Shown here: in pieces, positions 1 to 12,177 of the stretch | Layout: each line of letters begins with the position of its first letter | Numbering within the stretch: the stretch's first letter is position 1 | Source: Bugula neritina | Taxonomy: Eukaryota; Animalia; Bryozoa | Assembly: GCA_964035545.1 (NCBI GenBank) | Contig: OZ037767.1 | Span: forward strand, 1,747,680 to 1,811,679 | Reading direction: 5' to 3' | DNA length: 64,000 nt | The notes under the pieces: model-generated | Databases searched by the model: none | What the model was told of the DNA's origin: nothing | What the model saw: the letters and a program-made list of their open reading frames with translations, nothing else | Made by a program: the position numbers and the translations under genes

Positions 1-2492
1 TCATGAGCTTTTTCATGTTCATGACATGAGAATATCAAATTCTGGAAAAAATGCAAATGGCCTTGAACTGATTAAAACACTTATTCAATTGGTTTAAAAT
101 TTTCTTATAATTTGGTGTATTTCAACTTTGCTATTCATGCAATTTCGGCCTACAATGATTTTCTTTAAGTAAAAATTTATGACAGGAATAACATATAGTA
201 AATGTTTCTTTTGCTACTCTTATAGTGATAATAATAAAAATGAAGAATAAAAAGAATTATATATTTACAAAATATAAAAAAGCTTTATTTTGGTATCACC
301 AGGGCCAGTGAAAATGCTACAAAGCAGCTGATTGCAAATCAATACAGTTATGTACATGCAGCATTGTAATAGCACGTATCCCAGGGTTACAAGGGGCAAC
401 ATTTGCTCCATTGTCTGTTATTCTATACAATAGCTTGATAAATACTATCACAGATATTGGTGCCATATTCTATATCTATACACAACTGTGTTTGTTAATT
501 GACTTGCATTATTTTCTATTCAACAGTATTGTTTACTTGTACCTTTGAAAACACTGCAGGCTAGCCAGATGGTTTTGATGATATTTTTCTCTCATTTAGA
601 ATAAATTATTTACATAACTTGAAATATGTTATTATAGCTCACTATAGCATAGGACCTGTTACATGCAGCTTAGTAGAATGAGCTTATTTGTTATATAACT
701 TAATTTATTGTAATATGCTGCATGTGCTTTAATAATAACAGCAAATGTGACTAATATTATAATATTAGTAACAGATATATGACTGATATTTTAGGTTCTA
801 ATTTATACTCTCAAATTGCTGCCTTGCTATTTTGCTGCTGCACTAAAGATTATCTAGGCCTACCAGCTACAGAGTTTTTTTTCCAGTTGTGATTTTTCCA
901 CTGGCAATAAAAAGCTTTTGCATGTAAAACACTTGAAGCATATAATACTATTTTAAGCTTCATACAATGTCTTATCAAATCATAATCATATGCTCATTAG
1001 AGAAAGCTTTATATGGAGAAAATTGTTTTAATATAAATTAGGTATAAGCTGTTATGCATTATCTCACGAAATACAATAAATTACATGTTTTTATGCATTA
1101 TTGCATTCCGTTTGGCATTAACATCTTTTCATAGCTATGTATAGCGTGAAATTCTTTTTATCCTATACAACAATTATTTAGCTTTCGTTTAAAATTTGAA
1201 GTGGACAGAACCTTGGATTTATTTGGAGTTGCATTACTGGATTTCCAGTAAATTATTTTGCAACTCAACTACTAGCTACAAAAAGCAGTATTATGTACAC
1301 GTTTTACTCGCGTTGCAACGCGTATAAAGGGATGTAACCTCTTGTAGCGAATTATTGTACACTCAAGGCTAATTCTTTTATTCATCAATATATTATTATT
1401 ATTTGAAAACAGACGTTATTCATGCTTGAACGATCTAGTCAGTGTTAAAAAACGTGACACTTGCAGCCAGTGCTCTCTTTTAGCTTTAATTCTTGTAGGA
1501 GCCTTGCAGTGTAGGAGGGATTTAGGCCTGCCCAGACCACATTGGCCTAGTGTTCATTGGCCTTAGGAGTTCTAGTGTGGGTGATTATGACATCATCAAT
1601 TATGCTCTGTTCTTTCCTCCAACTCCAGAGTCACTGAAATCCTAATCCATTAAAGACACCATAATAAAATGTTCAAATATGTTGGAGTTGATTTGTTGGA
1701 GAACTAGAATTATGAACGATCCTTAGCTGAAATAAAATCTGCAAACATATGCTTTAGTATTATTTGGATTTTTAAACAAAGTATTTAAGCTAAATGCCTT
1801 TCTAAAAAATTTGATATAATCTTTGTAATAATATATATGTTATAACATATTTTATATGTGCTTTGTAATTATATACATGTTTTAATATGTTATATGTTTT
1901 TGATAACTATATATATGCTAATATGTTATATGTCTTTGGAGTCATATATGCTTATATTATTTACTTATTTTACTAAACAGAACTAAAAATTATATAACTA
2001 TAACACATCAGGTGCTAGCTGGTGGCCTAGTCTCCTATTTGGAAGGACTACTACTACATTCATTACACAATATTATTGTCAAAGCTTAGAAGGTATAAGA
2101 TTATAGTATATATATTGCATTGTTATCTCTGTATCATAAAAACTGACGTTTTTGCATTAGTTTTTTTTTAAATTATTGTACATTGAGTTTTCAAGGCTTC
2201 AGTATATTATTATAATGCATTCTTTATAAACATCATACATAATGAATATTATAATAACGTTCTTTATTATGCTATAATAGATATTATATAATATTTATAA
2301 TACAACATCTCAAGATTGAATTTAGAACCCAAATTTTAAGCAAGCAAATAGGATCAAAATGAATTTAGCTTCAAGATAATAAAGTGATTGATGAGGCAGT
2401 ACTTGCTAAACCTGACAGTAGAAGGCAACTCCAAGTTTCATGCCATGTTGAGAAATATTTTATAATACTTTTTATTAGTAATAGCTTTCTAG

Positions 2493-5400
2493 TTATCTAC
2501 GAATATGTGACAGCTGTTTGCTCCATGGATCGTTCTCTTTGTGAAGTGCGATGATCCGGTTGACATCCAGACAAAGTACCAGCAGGTTCTTTCCCATAAA
2601 GAAGTAACTGCTGTAACTTGTCACGTTGTACCCAAAGATACACACAACTCTGATAATAAGGAAGGAGAGGTCGTCTAGACACAGTAGCGTAATCAATGCC
2701 CACATCTCATTCTTAAAGCATTTAAGTCCTCGCCAAGGCTTGTTAGTGGTGGCCGTGGAGACAATCCCAAACTATATATAGGACAGCATGAATAATGCAA
2801 GCACAACTTCTTAGTGATTCAAAATAATACTGTTATTTTAGATTTTAATTCAACTGCTAAATATACAATATATCAATATTACATTATTTTTTATACTATA
2901 CATGAAGTGCAAAATAATAACGTAGCTGACATCTTCAATAGTTTGTGCCATTCATTTCAAATATCGTGTAAAAATTTCATATTCGAGTTAGTTTAGTAGT
3001 TATCTTCCCTTTCTAATAACGCAGACGTCTCTATTTACTAAACCAATGATGAGTCATTAACAAAGCTTACTTGTAATAAAGACATGCTCCAACCAATCAG
3101 CACAGCAACGATTAGACTCAAGTTTTTCTTCACTTCCTCTTCGTTTAGCAGTTCAAACAACTCTAATATGTCTGCCGAAACGGCGATGTTGACGAGAAGT
3201 AGTTGTGCTTTTTGGTCTCTGTAAAATTGAGATGCAAATTAAATTTAAAATGAAGAGTCAGGAGTTGTCTTCCAAATCAATAGTTTTTCAGATACACAGC
3301 TTCTGTATAAGAAAACTTAAAAGTTTTTACATGACTTCACATGCACAGGATAGTTAAGGGCAACCTTTTAGCTGCAACTGCCTTGCTGAAGTTTGCATTG
3401 TAATCATATAAAAATTCAGTACCAGTAAAATAAAATCTCACCTAATTGTGCTAGAGTCAAAATTTAAAAACTATGTTGTAGATCTTGTTTTTCCCCAGTG
3501 CAACTTTTTTGGAAATTTCAATTTTCATTTTTTTTGCAAAGTTATAGACAAAAAACTGCCCAATTTTGGCCAATTTAGCCTGAAAAGCTGACTTTTCAGT
3601 ACCAGTAAAATATCTCAGCAGAAAAAGATGATATCTGAATAAAAATTGCACTGCTAGAATCCTGAGATATTTCTTCAGTGCAACTTTTTTTCATTTTCCA
3701 ATAACTCTGCTAGATTGCCCATAAATTGGTGATCTATACACTGAAAATGCCATATTTTTTCATAAGAAACTAGCAGCGCGCAGCACTTCACGCTTCAATG
3801 AGCACGTAGGGATGAGAAGATATTGGCGCGTACATAATAATTACAGGCTTGCTAGCTGGCAGGCTATAATGAATAGCTTGCTTTGTACTTCGTTTATGTA
3901 GCACTCGTAATGAAATGTTGATAGATAACGCAGCCCTAATGAAGGTTGCTGCTCATTGGCTGTAGTTTAATCTTAGGCTAAACAAATGCAAGTAGGCACC
4001 ACGCATGCCACCCGCAAAGCAATATTATTAAAGAACCTGAACTACATTTTGAGAGAAATTTATGAGATTCTTAGTAAGGATGCCCTTAACTATCCTGTGT
4101 GTATGTTTTAAGCTATGGGTATTTTAAATATTATATAAATACTATAAAAAACCATAAGCACAACCCAAATAAAGTAATAGTGAAAAGACTGCTGGTCAAA
4201 TGGTTTGAAGATGGTTGATGGCAATTTACAACCATTTTGAGCGCATTTATCTCCACCAGTTCATTAATAGTAGCTATGATATATTAGGAGTTATCTCCAC
4301 AAAAATATGGCTCCTTACGTACTGAGTAATGTCCTTGGCCTTGGGGAGAAACCACCGGCCCATGATGAGTGAAAATAAGAGAGCCTGCTTTACGTAAGGC
4401 ACGCAGTCATGGCAGTGGCAAAGCTGTGCAGCTGTGTTTTGCTGTAAACAAAATATTGTGAATGATTATTAAATAATTTATAAATCTTTTTATGCATGTT
4501 ATGGGCTTGGGAATTACCTAGAAAAGCATGGTCTACGATGAATGACCGATAATCAAAGAAATTTTAATGAACAACATGAATGGTTGTTTCATTTTAATCA
4601 GAACTTATGAAACCGGAGCACAGACAGACCAAAAAAATTACCTATAATATGTATAGTCTTACCACGCTCTGAGCTGTGAGATTATGGAAACTCAAGCCTG
4701 ATAACGTGGGGTTGTTGCAGGCAGACACAGCAGTTTGGTTCCCGCTGGTTTGTGCCAACTGGAATTTGTCCAGCTCCATCAACCATATGGCTGGTATGAC
4801 GCACACCAGAAAGGCAAAGATACACAGCGTGCCCCTAGAGATAGTTTAGTTCATATCAAGCTATTGGGGTGTAGAACTGTAGAAATATAGAACTGTAGAG
4901 TACTGTAGAAATATAGAACTGTATAGAGTACTGTAGAAATATAGAACTGCATGTAGAGTACTGTAGAAATATAGAACTGTAGAGTACTGTAGAAATATAG
5001 AACTCTAGAGTACTGTAGAAAGATAGAATTGTAGAATACTGTAGAAATATAAAACTGTAGAGTACTGTAGAAGTATAGAACTGGAAAGTAGAAAGCGGTT
5101 ATCCCAAGCCATCACTTATAATAATGTTACGGCATCATGATAAAGGGGCACTATTTTTCTTATATTACATACTATATTTACCTGTCAGTCTACTATCAGT
5201 ATGGTGTCAATGTAGTGTCAGTATAGTGTCATTATAGTACATCAGTATAGTGTCAGTATGGTGTCAGTATGGTGTCAGTATGGTGTCAGTATGGTGTCAG
5301 TATGGTGTCAGTATAGTGTAATCTTATCTATGTCTAGTTCTTTTCTTTTAACAAAATCTCGAAGAAATTAGGATGTGTTGCAATTTATCCACCTACCACT

Positions 5401-6184
5401 TCCACTCGACATTTCGCCGGACTTTTAGTGTGATGTATGCTTCAATAAAGATGAGAGATACCGGTAAGAAGAGAGCATAGACTATTGTAGTTGACGTCTG
5501 CACAGTAGAAACAGCTATTCCAATACAAACCAGGGCGGCACAAAGAAACAGTACTCTCGTTGCTATGGCTCCTATCCAATCGGAGAACTTTGAACAGCCA
5601 GACTAAAGAAAAGAATCAACTGTCTACAAAGTTGGTCAAAATATTTTTTTCGTTGATTCATTTTATTTTGTTTAAAAATGTTCAGTATAATTTGCACCAA
5701 TAGAACAAGTCTTGCACTAAAATATAAGAGTTTCACTTGAAGGAAAAGTTAGTCATTAGGTCAGCGGTAAGGTTCATTAGGATCTGTAAAGTGCACAAAA
5801 TTTTAAGGAAATTATAAATGTATATCAAATTTAGCGTTTTTATATAAGTTAGATATCCTAAATTCAAATTTGATTATATAATAAAGTGTTGTATTTTTAT
5901 TTTACAAGACAATAAGAATTCTAAAATGTATAGTTACTGAAATTTAAAAATTAGTTATATAACCCTGATGAGAGGTTAGTTAGAATATTTGAAACAAGCT
6001 TCAGCCATTTTTAAAAGTATTAAATTTAAATTATAAAAGAACCTCATTGGTAAAGGAATATTACCTTGAATGACTTCCACTTTGCTTTGAACTTCAAATT
6101 TTTGTCTTTTTGTTCATTTTTATTTATTATAAATGTTTCCATTTCCATGTTTGAAAAATCTGTTTTCTCGTCACTTGCACTCAT
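2493..6184 (-). CDS. TMEM26: Transmembrane protein 26-like, paralog A. Six coding exons: 6065-6184, 5397-5602, 4663-4834, 4323-4441, 3071-3218, 2493-2771
   Basis: GT-AG exons join in consistent phase. The protein has TMEM26 hallmarks: AIATRVLFL...IEAYITLKVRRNVEWKW, VIPAIWLMEL, QALLFSLIMGRWFLPK, DQKAQLLLVNIAVSADILELF, DDLSFLIIRVV...FFMGKNLLVLCLDVNRI. The first exon (MSASDEK...) is the least certain. Confidence 0.85.
3344..4099. mobile_element. MITE / non-autonomous DNA transposon in an intron of TMEM26-A
   Basis: Terminal inverted repeats of ~24 bp: CACAGGATAGTTAAGGGCAACCTT and AAGGATGCCCTTAACTATCCTGTG (1 mismatch). There is an internal degenerate ~180-bp duplication (CAGTACCAGTAAAATA at ~3417 and ~3597) and no ORF. 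Confidence 0.7.
4868..5085. repeat. ~26-bp minisatellite (CTGTAGAAATATAGAACTGTAGAGTA), ~8 copies
   Basis: Tandem copies seen directly, in TMEM26-A intron 2. Confidence 0.9.
5193..5318. repeat. 11-bp minisatellite (TGGTGTCAGTA)
   Basis: Tandem copies seen directly. Confidence 0.9.
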
Positions 6185-6253
6185 ATTTGAAACAAATCTT
6201 TTTGCTTTACTTGTTGTGTTTGCTCATCTTTATATTCTAATGGCTGTGTATAT

Positions 6254-6367
6254 TCAGCTTTCTGTTCTATTGGCTGCGTCTGTTAACTCTGCTACCCCAT
6301 TGGCTGCGTCTGCTAACTGTGCTACCTCATTGGCTGCATCTGCTAACACTGCTACCCTATTGGCCAT
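6254..6367 (-). promoter_or_regulatory. Four CCAAT boxes at exact 30-bp spacing, overlapping a 37-aa uORF, upstream of TMEM26-A
   Basis: ATTGG (+ strand) at 6269, 6299, 6329 and 6359 inside a degenerate 30-bp repeat. Confidence 0.4.
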
Positions 6368-7125
6368 GTCTGCCCACACTATTCAAGTTAAGTCTTTACT
6401 GGGTATTGAAAGCATGTCAGCTTTAATTTGTCAATATAGTCATTTATGCATGTACAATATTGTTAATAAATTATTATGTACATATGATTGTAGCGCATGG
6501 TTTGCTAAAAAGCCTGCAAGCATTAGGTTAAGCGCGGGTTTTGGTCTCTAGGGGTAGAATGCTAGAATACGTTCTGCTTGTTACATAGCTAAGCTGTATC
6601 TAAGGGAATAGTTTGTGGTTTGACACAAGTTGCGTACGAAATATAAAAACATCAGGAATAATCATATTAATAAATTTATCATATAATTTTATATATTCAC
6701 CAAAATGATTTTATGTTTTTTTGCACGGTGCTGACTGACATAATATTTTACAACAAGTTTTTCAAAAGTTGTCTGATGAAGTTTTTTAAAAATTAATTAT
6801 ATTTGTTTAAAAATACATATTGTAGGCTGCGCATACACAATCACTAAATCGTCTAGAAGTAATATTTTTCTTGGCCTTATAAATATAAGGTTGCATGCTC
6901 ACTTTATATAAAACATAATATATTATGAGCCAAATATTAGTAGTAAATATAGTAACTGAATATCAAAACTTGAACTAATATAAGCAGACAAACATACAAT
7001 GAACTCCAAACGCATTACAGCATATCATATACTTCAAAACTAAAAGCAATAAGAAGCTAAAAATACATAGTTGATTGTCAGATCTACATTCTACCTTAGC
7101 GACTCGACCTGAACCTTGATGACCT

Positions 7126-10100
7126 TCACCTCCGTATGTGAGATATTTCTATGCTAGCCATTTCTGTTGGTAAAACTGGCGCCTTTTTCAATTTCACAGT
7201 TTCGCGATAAAGTGCAATAATTCTGTTAAGATCTAGGGCTAGGACTAAGACATTCTTAGCAGCAAAGAAATAACTGCTGTAACCTGTGACATTGTACTTC
7301 ATTATGCACACAAGTCGGAAGGTTAGGAAGGGGGCATCGTCAAGAAATAAGAGTGTCACCAGAGACCAAATCTCAGTCTGGAAACAAGAGCAACCCTTGA
7401 CAGTTTTCTTTGCTGTTGCCGTGGATACGACGGCAAACTACAAATACACATATTTATGAGACACATACAACAGGGAGTGTGCATCAATCAGTGTAAGTAA
7501 TGTTGAATATACAATGAATATGTTATAAAGTAATCAATAATTCCAGGTTCGAGTGCAAGACCCATATTATTCTTTATAGCACATTGACACCTATATGATG
7601 CTGTATGACAATTGTATTGGATTGGCATAATGTGTGTGTGAGTGTGTGTGTGTGTGCGAGTGTGTGTGTTATCATGTGAACTACAAAAAAATAGGTGAAA
7701 TGAATACATCTGTCTATTTATTGCACAATAATACTAAACTTCTATATATATATTCCAACATGCTAGTTATATTATATATTTTATAAGAGCATGGATTACC
7801 TGCACGAGAGAGCAAGTCCAAAGTATGAGTATAACAGTGACTAGAAGCGGGTCAGTTCTAACTCTGTCTTCCTTCATCAGCTCAAACAGTTCGAGAATAT
7901 CAGCAGATATGGCTATGTTTACCAGCAGCAGCTGTGCCTTCTGGTCTCTAGAAATAGATGTGTATTCTTCTTTGAATGTTGTACTTAAATGAAGAAATAT
8001 AATGAATTGCAGATTATAACTACATTAATAAGTTCATTGTCTGGGCAGATCTTACTGAAACAAACCGGTAAATAAACCAAACATTATATGATATTATTAT
8101 ATAGTTTTATGATATATAAATAAATTGTTTATTTATTAAAAATAGAGTAAATAATGAAAAAATACTGAACTAGATTTTATCCAGTCAAACCATGGCTTAT
8201 AAACTGTTGAGAGTATTACTAAAAGTGCTAACTCTATGCCTAGCTTGCTATGTAGGTTTTACGTATTACCTGGACAGGTGTTGTCCCCTTGGCAGCAACC
8301 ACCTGCCCACTATCATCATCAGCAGTAAGGTCTGTTCCATCAGCGTGACACATTGCCCATGGTTACACAGGCAGTATTGCTCTACTTGGTTCGACTACAA
8401 CACAGGTGGGGATAACTTGTAATTAATAACATGATTATTGCTTTGCTGAAAGTTTAAATAGAATGTAATAAAGAAAGTTAATTTATAGATAAAGGAGTTA
8501 TCTTCTTAAGATATAACTGATCTTGGCTAATACTGAAGATACTGCATAGACATGAAATAAAAGCATTACTCATACTGCCTACACTCATACTGAAAGCATT
8601 ACGCATGAACAAAATTGCACAAATAATGTAGTTTAAAGTAAAATTAAAATGTCTTTAAAATAATCTTTTACTGTAATAAAATATATGTCATAGTTATTAA
8701 AAATAGTTATAAATTTTAAGCGCAGAATAAAAATTACCAACTTATATTTTTCCTATATAAAACATATTCCAGAAAACGTTATGAAGTTTTGGGAATTAAT
8801 TTACAACCCTGTATATATAAACTGGTCCCAAATAGGAGTTAGTAAACATACCACAGTGTTCTCTGCATTAGCGAATAATTGGGAGAAGTTAAACTTTGTA
8901 TTTGTACAAGCTTGCTCTTCGACTTGCAGAGATACAGCGGCAGCAGCAGCATGATTCGAAGAGTTGGTGTATGGACCAAGGGATGGTGGAGTAACAGGAA
9001 TTGTCATCTCTTTTCTGGCAGCAGCAGTTGTCCTCTCTTTCCTGGCGGCAGCACTGACAGGCCCAATAATGGTAGACTTAGTTACAGGCCAGGACAAATT
9101 TGTTGGTGCTTGCTTATCAGGTAGTTGTGTTGTTTGGTGAGAGGAATTATTGGTGCTCAGGCTAAGGTGAGAAATAGTAGTTCTGGGGCTAGAAAAATTA
9201 TGAATTGTCGAGTTAGGTTGGGTGCTAAGAAACTTCAATGGTTGGAGAGAACTAAGGCTAGAGTTGAAGGGGTAGGTGGGGGTAACTTCAGTCTGTACAC
9301 TTGAGTTAGAAAAAATGGTGGAAGTAAAATTAGCCAGTGTACCTGAAGTAAAGTAATGATTGGTTGTGAAATTAATTTGTGTACTACTCCAGTTAGAGAA
9401 AGCAGGAATAGTAAAATTAGCCTGTGTACCTGGAGTAAAAGAATGAGTGGATGAGAAGCTAGTTTGTGTACTACTTGAGTTAGAAAAGACATTAGAAGTA
9501 AAATTAGCCTGTGTACTTGGAGTATAGTAATGATTTGTTGTGAAGTTGACTTGTGTACTACTCAAGTTAGAAAATGGGGTAGCCTGGGTGCTAAGACTTG
9601 AAGAAGCTGTAGAATGCTGTATAGTATAAGAGGTTAATGAAGGCTGAGTAATCATTGGTGGGTAGGTGAAAGGGGGAGGAGCTTGTGACAGGAAGGGCTC
9701 AGTGGGAGTCATGTTGAGCCGCACTGCCAACTCCCGGTACTCCATCAGCCAGATGGAGGGCACAGCGCAGAGCTGATATATAGCAATGCATGGCGTGAAC
9801 CTGCAACAAACAGTAATATCTAGTTGCCCTGATTTTAATAAGAACTACAAGCAAACACCACTGCCATATATTCTCTAGATAGTGTATAGCAAAACAGTAG
9901 ATCGTGTAATTGAGACCAGTGATCCAAGTCTAGAGAGAATTGACTACTTTATTATTTCTAGAAATAAAAGCACAAGTTATAAACTTAAAAAAATTAAGCA
10001 TGTGAGGCAGAAAAGCTGATTATTTTTAAGCTAATCAAGTGAATGATAACAATAGCTACCATATAATTTTGTCTTATTTAACATTTCATGGAGCTTTATT

Positions 10101-12177
10101 AACAGCTTTATGTGTCCAACCATTCACCATTTTATCACTAATTTCACAGACGCTATTGAATGTAGTGGGATATTGTGGTGAGGGTTCCCCCTAAGTTTAA
10201 GGACCCCCCCCCCAGTAAATATGGTGGGGACCCCTTCAGACCCGCTTTGACCACTGATAGAAATTGTTTTTTAGAGTTGGCTATATACTGTATACTAGAA
10301 TTCCTAGCAATAAACAATATACCAATATATAAGCCATGCAATGATATCTAATTTACAAGTTAGAGCTCATAGTATCCAGCTTTATATCTCATCTAATCAA
10401 TAATATAATAATATAATCTAATAATATATTGCGTGCAGTCTGAAATATATCATTTATACAAATATAGCAATATTGTTTACACATCTAGCTACTCAGTCAT
10501 AGCACACACAAGCTGCTATCTCCATATTAATTTCCTTTTCATTATGTTATGCAACATAGCTCAGAGGAATTCAATTCAGTATAAAAATTTACTGAAATTT
10601 GACGTTCTGGGAATTGATACAAACAACAATACAAAACCTTTATGTATCAGTTGAAAAGCATTTCCTAAAAGCTGGAGAATGTTAATAAAGTGAAGATGAA
10701 TTCAGGGTGGGTCTGAAATGTTTTTTATTGCTTTAGCCTTTAGCAATTCAATTTATTTTTAGATATAATATTAATAAAATTGGGACATATATACATTATA
10801 TACAATCAAGTGATTTACTTGATTAGTGCGTATTTTATCCCATATAACATTTTATGCAGAAAAAGATTAAACCATTAATAGTAAAATGTTTAATGCTACA
10901 AGTTGGCTTCTTTAATTTAATAATATCATATTATGTTATATGTTACACATATATATATATAATTATGTATTATTATATAATAATATATCCTATCATATGG
11001 CATAAAACTTAATTTAAAAAATTTATATGTACTTTCTTGATATAGGCACATATTTTTTCAAAACACCGTAACTATAAAAAAGGAAAGACAACAAGTTGTA
11101 GTCAAGAAACATAGCCTGGGAACCATGGAGTTACTCACCATTTCCACTCAACATTCTTCCGAATCTTCAATGTGAGGTAAGACTCAACTATGAGCAGTGA
11201 TATGGGGACAATTAGCACGTAGATGAAGGGTCTGTGGATACTCGACACCGCAATGAAGATGCAAATGATGGAGTGTATAATAAATAGAACTCGGGCTAAA
11301 AGACTTCCTATTAATTGCGTCGAAGTCCTAAAACATTTCTACAAAAAAGAAACAAGCAACTAAATTAAAAGGTAAAAAGTAGAAAATCAGCAACCATTTA
11401 GTCATATTTAATTCATTTCTCAAAATGGCTGTTTTAAAATTTACATTATATTATATATAATTTGTATGCTATTTTTAATTTTTATGTTGAAGCACTAAAT
11501 GTGTGGTTGTTATGCTAATTACTGCTTAAAATATTTATCTTAAGATTTTATATGCAGATATAATTTCTAGATCTTCTTAGGACTCTCTAGAATTCTGTGG
11601 AACTCACATAGAACTTAGAAAACTCTAAAAAGTTTACAGACTTTCTAAATTATAAATAATATATGCCTACATTTAAGGAATTAAGAGAGTAGCCATAGGT
11701 CTAGGGGTTAGAGCGTTTGACTTAGTAAACACGGAGTCATAGGTTTGAACCCCAGACAAAGGCCTTTGGTGATGTTAAGAAAAGCATTCAGTCATAATTG
11801 CTCCTGTGCCTCATTTAAATAAGTCCTTAGCATGATTTAACAAAAACCCCTTCCATCAGGGGTTTTTCTCACAGGGATAGTGACTATAAACTTGTGTGAG
11901 TTTTTTATTTACTAAGGAGCTACAAATCTTTGTAGACTAATTTAAACAAATTTCTTCTCATTCCAACCTTTACTACTCGAAACTTTCGAGCTACGGATGC
12001 TTTCACACTCTTCTTAGCCTGGTTCTTGTCAGCCAATAGCCCCACATCTGAAGTACATGTCGGGCTTGTCTCCATACTTTCAGTTCTATTCTCTTTCTTC
12101 TTCGCGTCCAAAAACATGCAATGTTCTTCCTTTGCGCAATTTTCTGTCCGATCACAACTAAGCGCGTCATCCACCAT
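7126..12177 (-). CDS. TMEM26: Transmembrane protein 26-like, paralog B, with an expanded Ser/Thr-rich loop. Exons: 11968-12177, 11139-11338, 8852-9800, 8270-8394, 7800-7947, 7126-7437
   Basis: Same intron positions and phases as paralog A, and the fifth exon is 148 nt in both. Motifs: LLARVLFIIHS, VESYLTLKIRKNVEWKWFTPCIAIYQLCAVPSIWLME, EQTLLLMMIVGRWLLPRG, DDAPFLTFRL...FFAAKNVLVL. Both paralogs end in SHIRR*. The first exon has a weak GTTGGA donor and is less certain. Confidence 0.85.
11685..11910 (+). mobile_element. tRNA-derived SINE (copy 1), in TMEM26-B intron 1
   Basis: Pol III A-box-like TAGGGGTTAGAGCG and B-box-like GGTTTGAACCC. The body (AAGAAAAGCAT..GCTCCTGTG..CAAAAA.CCC.T.CCATCAG) is shared with the copy at 20315. 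Confidence 0.7.

Noticed and set aside
6066-6551. 161-aa + strand ORF
   Set aside because: It has no ATG start and is antisense to the TMEM26-A first exon and the 30-bp repeat.
11685-11760. tRNA genes here and at 20315-20375
   Set aside because: No complete cloverleaf could be folded, and the tRNA-like head continues into a shared SINE body.
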